Shown here one piece after another: positions 57,419 to 64,000 of a stretch of 64,000 bases of DNA. The notes under the pieces were generated by a model that was given only the letters and a program-made list of their open reading frames with translations, was not told the origin of the DNA and did not search any database. The position numbers and the translations under genes are program-made. Source of the DNA: a virus; the IMG/VR virus record IMGVR_UViG_3300021963_000081, positions 1-64,000 of that record, one strand, 5' to 3'. Position 1 is the stretch's first letter; each line of letters starts with the position of its first letter.

Positions 57419-58368
57419 AAAAGATATTTGTAAACGTTTGCTCATATAGAGATAAACTTCTATTGCCTACAATCGAAAGTCTGATTGAAAATGAGTCAGG
57501 CAGAAATGAGATTGTCTATGGTGTTTTTGAGCAAACATCTCTTGCAGATAGTTTACAAACCAAAGCACCAGATCTGGTAAAAAAGACAAACATTCGATAT
57601 AAAAGAATTGATCCAGAATTTTCTGATGGTGTTGTTTGGGCGCGTTCTATTAATTCAATGCAGATCTATGAAGAAGAGTTTCAGTATCAAATCGACTCTC
57701 ACATGCTCTTTGATAAGGGGTGGGATCATTATCTAATTCTAGATTATTTGCATGCGTGTAAAGTTGCAGGACATGATCGAGTTCTTCTAACATGTGGAAC
57801 TAAAAACTTTGATCTTGATGGTGATCGAATTACCAAGCATACATTGACCGATGACATCTCAGTGAATCTTGGATATTATCAGTTTGATAAAAACATGAGA
57901 CTACACGCTCATGGTCCATGGGTTCCTGCTCGAGATGTAGTAAGTCCCTCTCGCCATATCTGCGCTGGTAACTTCTTTGCTCCAGCAAAATGGGTGAAGG
58001 AAGTTGGGTATAATACAAATATCTTCTTCGAAGGCGAAGAACAGATGTTTGCTCTTACTTCCTTCCTCAAGGGGTATAGCATTTATCATATGAGACGCGC
58101 GAAGGTTTATCATTATCTTCGTTCTGCGAATCACGAGACTAAACAGACCGTCAATCCAGTGGTCGATGCAAGACGATTGGATATGAATAAGAAACGATCT
58201 GAGAAAGAACTCAGTAACTTTATCTATTCTGTCGACGAAGCCAAGCTGGAAGAGTTTCGAAAACACACGGGAGTCGATTATATAAATAGGAAATTAGAGG
58301 AACGCGCAATTTCTCGCCATATTAAACCAGACGTAGAGATCGATTGGGAAATCCCGAATAAAGAGTAA
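57415..58368 (+). CDS. GT60-like (Skp1-hydroxyproline-type) GlcNAc transferase
   Basis: KIFVNVCSYRD, GVFEQ, GVVWAR, YQIDSHMLFDKGWD, AGNFF, FFEGEEQ, YHYL. Confidence 0.8.
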   Translation: MKKIFVNVCSYRDKLLLPTIESLIENESGRNEIVYGVFEQTSLADSLQTKAPDLVKKTNIRYKRIDPEFSDGVVWARSINSMQIYEEEFQYQIDSHMLFDKGWDHYLILDYLHACKVAGHDRVLLTCGTKNFDLDGDRITKHTLTDDISVNLGYYQFDKNMRLHAHGPWVPARDVVSPSRHICAGNFFAPAKWVKEVGYNTNIFFEGEEQMFALTSFLKGYSIYHMRRAKVYHYLRSANHETKQTVNPVVDARRLDMNKKRSEKELSNFIYSVDEAKLEEFRKHTGVDYINRKLEERAISRHIKPDVEIDWEIPNKE

Positions 58369-58369
58369 A

Positions 58370-58927
58370 ATGGCATCTAATACAAAAATATCTTTTTCAA
58401 AATATACTAAAGGTGTTGGTTGCCCGAACGAAGGGTGTCTAATTCCTCTGAGTGGAACTTCTGGTTTGTGGCAGCATTTTCCTTCAAATACAAACCATTT
58501 ATTTCTCGTTATCAATGGTAATATAAGAACAGAGTACCAAGATGGTGCAGTTCAAACGCACACCAATCCATACTCAAATACATGGAGTTCTTATGTCGAT
58601 CCATGGATCTATGATAAACCTGTGCAGGCTTATACGCGCTCCGATGATGATATCTTTGTAAGAGTTTCTCTAATTAATACGACCTTTTCTCAGATTACCT
58701 TTAGTGCTGCGAAGATCGTTAACGAAGAAATCACAAAAACGACTAACAAACGATCCTTTTTGTATGTTTGTGGATCAGAGTTTTCCTACAAAAAAGATAA
58801 CGTCGAAATCACTCCTGAAACTTCTGGAATGAGTTTTGGGTATGGTCAAATGGCTGGGAACACCATAACACATTCGATTACCGCCAACTCCAGCCCAGTA
58901 ACAGTGATCTTTATCGAAGAGAATTAG
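58370..58927 (+). CDS. Hypothetical beta-rich protein
   Basis: 185-aa ORF; TATAAATA at 58281 upstream. Confidence 0.65.
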   Translation: MASNTKISFSKYTKGVGCPNEGCLIPLSGTSGLWQHFPSNTNHLFLVINGNIRTEYQDGAVQTHTNPYSNTWSSYVDPWIYDKPVQAYTRSDDDIFVRVSLINTTFSQITFSAAKIVNEEITKTTNKRSFLYVCGSEFSYKKDNVEITPETSGMSFGYGQMAGNTITHSITANSSPVTVIFIEEN

Positions 58928-58965
58928 TATTAAATATTACTCTGCTCTGGTGTGGATTTCTATTT

Positions 58966-58973
58966 TATAAATA
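58966..58973 (+). promoter_or_regulatory. T4-type late promoter (further copies at 30686, 40028, 58281)
   Basis: TATAAATA 24 nt upstream of ATG 58998. Confidence 0.7.
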
Positions 58974-58997
58974 GAGCAATAATAATAGGATATCCCA

Positions 58998-59333
58998 ATG
59001 GCTCAATTTATAGAATTAGACCTGGATCAAGGAACTGATTTCAATTTTGATTTAGACTTGACTCAAGATGACGGATCAGTCATAAACGTGACGAATTACA
59101 CGTTTTCTTCGTCCATACGAAAATCCTTTTATTCATCTGGCGTCACAGCAAATCTAACTGTGACGATACTCGACGCTGCAAATGGGAACGTTTTTCTAAA
59201 CCTCAATGCGGCAACAACCTCGAATATTAAAGCAGGTCGTTATTTGTTTGATGTCAAACAAATCGATAATGCTAATGTCACAACAAGACTTGTTGAGGGC
59301 ATCATCACAGTTAATCCGCAGGTAACTAAATGA
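58998..59333 (+). CDS. Small Ig-like/BppU-N-like structural adaptor
   Basis: [30 protein letters not shown]; precedes the fibre gene. Confidence 0.75.
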   Translation: MAQFIELDLDQGTDFNFDLDLTQDDGSVINVTNYTFSSSIRKSFYSSGVTANLTVTILDAANGNVFLNLNAATTSNIKAGRYLFDVKQIDNANVTTRLVEGIITVNPQVTK

Positions 59334-62300
59334 CAACAGTTAGAGTTTCGACAGGTCGTGGTTCTCAAGGATTAAGAGGTCCACAGGGTCCACAGGGTCC
59401 ACAAGGACCAACTGGTGCACAAGGTATACAGGGTCAGGCTGGTGGTCCACAAGGTCCTCAGGGCGCTGCTGGTGCAGCAGGTCCTCAGGGTCCTCAGGGT
59501 CCGCAGGGCGCAGCAGGTCCACAAGGACCACAAGGTGCTGGTCCTCAAGGTCCACAAGGACCACAAGGTTCTACTGGTCCTCAAGGACCACAAGGACCAC
59601 AAGGTGCTGGTCCTCAAGGTCCACAAGGACCACAAGGTTCTACTGGTCCTCAAGGACCACAAGGACCACAAGGTGCTGGTCCTCAAGGACCACAAGGACC
59701 ACAAGGACCACAAGGACCACAAGGTGCTGGTCCTCAAGGTCCACAAGGACCACAAGGACCACAAGGACCACAAGGTGCTGGTCCTCAAGGTCCACAGGGT
59801 CCATCTGGTCCACAAGGTCCACAAGGACCAAGTGGTCCAAATGCTGATGCTGCATATGATCAGGCTAATGCTGCTTATAGTCAGGCTAACTCAGCATATA
59901 ATGCTGCGAATAATGCTCAGACATCTGCTAATACAGCAAATACGAATGCATTGAATGCGTATGGTTCAGCTAACTCTTCAGCCAATACAGTAAGAGTTTC
60001 GCAAAATGGATCATCAACTCTAAGTAGTAAGCAATTAAACTTTATTAATACTTCAACGATTACTGTTACAGTAGCCTCTGCTGGTGATGGAACGAATGCG
60101 AATATTTCCTTCACAGCAGTTGGTGGTGCTGCTTATGATCAAGCAAATCTTGCATACACAGCTGCTAACTCTGCTCAGACTGCAGCCAATACTGCTAATA
60201 CTAATGCATTGAATGCTTATGGACAGGCTAATCTATCTTATACAGCTGCTAACTCTGCTCAGACTGCAGCCAATACTGCTAATACGAATGCACTGAATGC
60301 ATACAGTTCAGCCAACCTTGCTTATACGGCTGCTAACTCAGCACAAACTGCAGCAAATACAGCTAATACCAATGCTCTAAACGCTTATGGTGCTGCGAAT
60401 ACTGCTAATACCAATGCACTAAATGCTTATGGGAAAGCAAATAACTCGGCTAATACTGTTTGGGTTTATGCTAATGGATCTTCTATCCTTTCTAACGGCA
60501 ATCTGAATTTTAATAATACTGCAACCATTAATGTTTCTGCATCAGCAAATGGTTCTGGACAATCTAATGTAGAATTTTCTGTTAATGCTAATTCATTTAC
60601 CTTAATTGGGCGTCCAACTTCTGCATTAACTCTTGCATCTAATGTAACTGTTTCGCAAGATATGACAGTTACTGGGAATCTTTTTGTTCAGGGTGATAGC
60701 GTAACATTTAATGTCTCAACACTCAAAGTTGAAGACAATGAAATTATTTTAAACTCTAGTAACACTGGAATTGCTCCTGCTGTTGATGCATTAATTACTG
60801 TAGAAAGAGGAACTTCAACTGATACATATTTAAAATGGAACGAGACAACGGATAAATGGACTTGGAGTGACGATGGAACAACAGCTTATAACTTCAGCAC
60901 CTCACTGAGTGCATATGCTCAAGCGAATTCTGCTTACGGACAAGCAAATCTAGCATACACAGCAGCTAACACTGCTCAAACTTCTTCTAATACAGTTTAT
61001 GCTCAAGCAAATCTAGCATATACCGCCGCAAATTCTGCTCAGACTGCAGCGAATACAGCAAATACGAATGCATTGAATGCATATGGTGCTGCAAACTCTG
61101 CTGCGAATACTGTAAGAGTTTCTTCAAATGGAGGCTCGACGCTTTCTGGCAAGCAACTAAACTTTATCAACACATCAACTATTACTGTTACAGTGGCTTC
61201 TGCTGGTGATGGAACTAATGCAAATATTTCGTTTACAGCAGTAGGTGGTGCTGCTTACGATCAGGCTAATGCTGCTTATGGTCAGGCTAATTTAGCCTAC
61301 ACTCAAGCAAACACTGCTCGATCCGATGCTAATACAACATTCGCTACCATCAACACAACCTTTGGTACGACAAATACAACCTTTGGTACTATTAACACTA
61401 ATTACCAAGCAGCATATTCTCAAGCAAATCTAGCGGCTAACACTGTTGCTGTTTATGCCAATGGTACATTGACTTATGCTAACTCTAACGTAAACTTTAA
61501 CAACACTGCAACAGTCAACGTTTCCACATCAGCAAATACAACTAATAAGTTTACTAACGTTGCATTCAGTGTAAATGTTTCTTCCAGTGACTGGGCAAGT
61601 TCTGCTAATGGTGTTGCGCAATCGGCTTATGCTAAAGCAAATTCTGCTGCAAATAATGTTGCAATTTTTGCTAATGGTACAGTTGTTCTATCAAATGCTA
61701 ATGTAAACTTTAACAATACTGCAACTATTAACGTTGCTGCAACTGCTAATGGTACTGGACAAGTTAACGTAGCATTTTCGATGAACACTTCTTCAATTAG
61801 CGCAGGTCCTTCTGGTCCATCTGGTCCATCTGGTCCACAAGGACCAACTGGCGACACTGGACCTCAAGGTCCACAAGGTCCTCAAGGTGTTGCTGGACCA
61901 CAAGGATCTACTGGTCCTCAAGGACCACAAGGTCCACAAGGTCCGCAAGGTATTGTTGGTCCTCAAGGTCCTCAAGGTCCACAAGGTGCTGGTCCACAAG
62001 GACCACAAGGTCCGCAAGGTATTGTTGGTCCTCAAGGTCCTCAAGGTCCACAAGGTGCTGGTCCACAAGGACCACAAGGTCCGCAAGGTGTCACTGGTGC
62101 ACAAGGTCCACAAGGACCACAAGGACCATCTGGTGCACAAGGTGATGCATCAAATGTTGCAGGTCCACAAGGACCACAAGGACCACAAGGACCGCAGGGA
62201 AATTCAGTTACTGGTCCACAAGGTCCACAGGGACCACAAGGTCCACTTGGCAGTTTAGGTCCTCAAGGTCCTCAGGGTTCAATTGGTCCACAGGGTCCGA

Positions 62301-64000
62301 AGGGTGATACAGGTGATACTGGTCCTCAAGGTCCTCAAGGTTCTCAGGGGGCAACTGGTTCAGCTGGTCCTCAAGGTCCACAAGGCGTTACTGGTCCACA
62401 AGGTCCGCAGGGTGCGATTGGTCCGCAAGGTCCAAAGGGTGATAAAGGCGATAATGGTCCGCAGGGTCCACAGGGTGCTCTTGGTCCACAGGGTCCACAG
62501 GGTCCTCAAGGACCACAAGGACCACAAGGTCCTCAAGGTCCACAAGGCGTAATTGGTCCGCAAGGACCATCTGGTCCATCTGGCGCGCAAGGTTCTGGCA
62601 TCACAGTTCTTGGTACAGTTGCTACAGTTGGAAATCTTCCTGGTGGTGCAAGTGATGGTGATGCTTATATTGTAACAGCTGACGGTCACTTATATGTTTG
62701 GAATGGTTCAAGTTGGATCGATGCTGGTCTGATTGTTGGTCCTCAAGGTCCACAAGGCACTCAAGGCAATACTGGTCCACAGGGTCCAACTGGTCCACAC
62801 GGTCCTCAAGGTTCAACTGGTCCAACTGGTCCACAAGGTAATGCTGGACCACAAGGACCACAAGGACCACAAGGTCCACAAGGTGTCACAGGTCCACAGG
62901 GTCCACAGGGTCCGCAAGGTGTAACTGGTCCTCAAGGTCCACAGGGTCCTCAAGGTGTGACTGGTCCACAAGGTCCTCAAGGTCCACAAGGTATCACTGG
63001 TCCTCAAGGTCCGCAAGGTCCGCAAGGTCCTCAAGGTCCACAAGGTCCACAAGGTCCTCAAGGCGATACTGGTCCACAAGGACCGCAAGGACCACAAGGA
63101 CCACAAGGTGTCGTCGGTCCACAAGGACCACAAGGTGTCACAGGTCCTCAAGGACCACAAGGTCCGCAAGGTGTCGTCGGTCCACAGGGTCCACAAGGTT
63201 CAACTGGCGACACTGGACCACAAGGTCCACAAGGACCTTCTGGCGTGTCAAATGTTCCTGGTCCACAGGGTCCACAGGGTCCACAAGGTCCACAAGGTCC
63301 ACAAGGTCCACAGGGTGTAACTGGTCCTCAAGGACCACAAGGACCGCAAGGTGATCGAGGACCACAAGGTCCGCAAGGCAATACAGGTCCACAAGGTCCA
63401 AAGGGTGATACAGGCGATACTGGTCCTCAGGGTCCACAAGGCGCAACTGGTCCTCAAGGACCACAAGGCGTGGTTGGTAACACTGGTCCACAAGGACCGC
63501 AAGGTCCTCAAGGAAACTCAGTGACTGGTCCTCAAGGTCCTCAAGGTCCACAAGGACCGCAAGGTCCTCAAGGAAACTCAGTGACTGGTCCTCAAGGTCC
63601 TCAAGGTCCACAAGGACCGCAAGGTCCTCAAGGACCACAAGGACCACAAGGTGTGACTGGACCGCAAGGACCACAAGGTCCACAAGGTGTGACTGGTCCA
63701 CAAGGACCACAAGGCTCAACAGGTTCTACTGGCGAAGTCGGTCCTCAAGGTCCACAGGGTCCACAAGGACCGCAAGGTGCAACAGGTCCACAGGGTCCTC
63801 AAGGTCCGCAGGGTGTTACTGGTCCACAGGGTCCAACTGGTCCTGTTGCTGGATCTGATACGCAAGTCATATTTAATGATGGCGGTAGTGTAGGCGCAAG
63901 TTCTAATTTGACGTTTGCGAAATCAACAAGCACGTTGAAATCAAATACGATACTTGCTGCAAATAATGTTGCGTATGCAAATACCACTGGAACTGTGAAG
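59330..64000 (+). CDS. Collagen-like fibre protein, >=1557 aa, runs off the window (not in ORF track)
   Basis: ATGA overlap with upstream stop; frame spot-checked at 59822, 61802, 62582 and the window end; (GPQ)n tracts, AYxQAN coiled-coil repeats, [17 protein letters not shown] knob. Confidence 0.88.
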   Translation, partial: MTTVRVSTGRGSQGLRGPQGPQGPQGPTGAQGIQGQAGGPQGPQGAAGAAGPQGPQGPQGAAGPQGPQGAGPQGPQGPQGSTGPQGPQGPQGAGPQGPQGPQGSTGPQGPQGPQGAGPQGPQGPQGPQGPQGAGPQGPQGPQGPQGPQGAGPQGPQGPSGPQGPQGPSGPNADAAYDQANAAYSQANSAYNAANNAQTSANTANTNALNAYGSANSSANTVRVSQNGSSTLSSKQLNFINTSTITVTVASAGDGTNANISFTAVGGAAYDQANLAYTAANSAQTAANTANTNALNAYGQANLSYTAANSAQTAANTANTNALNAYSSANLAYTAANSAQTAANTANTNALNAYGAANTANTNALNAYGKANNSANTVWVYANGSSILSNGNLNFNNTATINVSASANGSGQSNVEFSVNANSFTLIGRPTSALTLASNVTVSQDMTVTGNLFVQGDSVTFNVSTLKVEDNEIILNSSNTGIAPAVDALITVERGTSTDTYLKWNETTDKWTWSDDGTTAYNFSTSLSAYAQANSAYGQANLAYTAANTAQTSSNTVYAQANLAYTAANSAQTAANTANTNALNAYGAANSAANTVRVSSNGGSTLSGKQLNFINTSTITVTVASAGDGTNANISFTAVGGAAYDQANAAYGQANLAYTQANTARSDANTTFATINTTFGTTNTTFGTINTNYQAAYSQANLAANTVAVYANGTLTYANSNVNFNNTATVNVSTSANTTNKFTNVAFSVNVSSSDWASSANGVAQSAYAKANSAANNVAIFANGTVVLSNANVNFNNTATINVAATANGTGQVNVAFSMNTSSISAGPSGPSGPSGPQGPTGDTGPQGPQGPQGVAGPQGSTGPQGPQGPQGPQGIVGPQGPQGPQGAGPQGPQGPQGIVGPQGPQGPQGAGPQGPQGPQGVTGAQGPQGPQGPSGAQGDASNVAGPQGPQGPQGPQGNSVTGPQGPQGPQGPLGSLGPQGPQGSIGPQGPKGDTGDTGPQGPQGSQGATGSAGPQGPQGVTGPQGPQGAIGPQGPKGDKGDNGPQGPQGALGPQGPQGPQGPQGPQGPQGPQGVIGPQGPSGPSGAQGSGITVLGTVATVGNLPGGASDGDAYIVTADGHLYVWNGSSWIDAGLIVGPQGPQGTQGNTGPQGPTGPHGPQGSTGPTGPQGNAGPQGPQGPQGPQGVTGPQGPQGPQGVTGPQGPQGPQGVTGPQGPQGPQGITGPQGPQGPQGPQGPQGPQGPQGDTGPQGPQGPQGPQGVVGPQGPQGVTGPQGPQGPQGVVGPQGPQGSTGDTGPQGPQGPSGVSNVPGPQGPQGPQGPQGPQGPQGVTGPQGPQGPQGDRGPQGPQGNTGPQGPKGDTGDTGPQGPQGATGPQGPQGVVGNTGPQGPQGPQGNSVTGPQGPQGPQGPQGPQGNSVTGPQGPQGPQGPQGPQGPQGPQGVTGPQGPQGPQGVTGPQGPQGSTGSTGEVGPQGPQGPQGPQGATGPQGPQGPQGVTGPQGPTGPVAGSDTQVIFNDGGSVGASSNLTFAKSTSTLKSNTILAANNVAYANTTGTVK
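59375..63843 (+). repeat. Three Gly-Pro-Gln collagen tracts (about 59375-59838, 61805-62595, 62738-63843)
   Basis: 9-nt GGW CCN CAR tandem units. Confidence 0.92.

Noticed and set aside
50960-58368. RiPP-like multi-core precursors with tailoring enzymes
   Set aside because: No adjacent peptidase or transporter; long-range mirror symmetry and virion-gene context favour an intact structural protein. Not formally excluded.
59340-63987. ORFs reading WTLWTL, HKVHKD or LVDLVV
   Set aside because: Alternative-frame and antisense shadows of the GPQ collagen repeats.
1-64000. Stop-codon reassignment
   Set aside because: Core genes are full length under the standard code, and TAA, TGA and TAG all terminate conserved genes.

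Overview
64 kb segment of a large T4-like (myovirus) dsDNA phage genome, standard genetic code, probably infecting an aquatic proteobacterium (host is inference). Left part: a sugar-modification cluster (2OG-Fe(II) oxygenase, five glycosyltransferases, kinase/nucleotidyltransferase fusion, FkbM methyltransferase), a tRNA-Met, a GC-richer block of small genes with sigma70-like promoters, phoH, an exonuclease, an ahpC-rubredoxin-ahpD operon preceded by an OxyR-type operator, a circularly permuted two-piece tmRNA, a sulfotransferase, a SleB-like hydrolase, guaC and gp33-gp59-gp32. Middle: the T4-type baseplate/tail module (tape-measure-like protein with a GH19-like domain, gp51, 26, 54, 2, 4, 48, 53, 27-like, 5, 25, 6, 7, 8) and a VrlC-like protein split in two, with a Hint domain at the split. 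Right: a fibre protein, two paralogous ~700-aa repeat proteins, an oxygenase/GlcNAc-transferase cassette and a >1550-aa collagen-like fibre running off the window. Headline observation: the two repeat proteins (50960-53041, 53101-55266) are peptide-level reverse-complement palindromes. Each has 11 irregular repeats, a unique central knob and 11 repeats that mirror the first arm under a strict unit-pairing rule (x[I/V]xY opposite PE-x-x-R; x[T/S]NY opposite P[I/L/V]-x-x-[Q/R]). I found no violation in 70 hand-checked pairs, and each paralogue has its own barcode. This suggests long single-chain protein hairpins whose register is set by a base-pair-like code. All family assignments come from motif recognition by eye; no searches were run.
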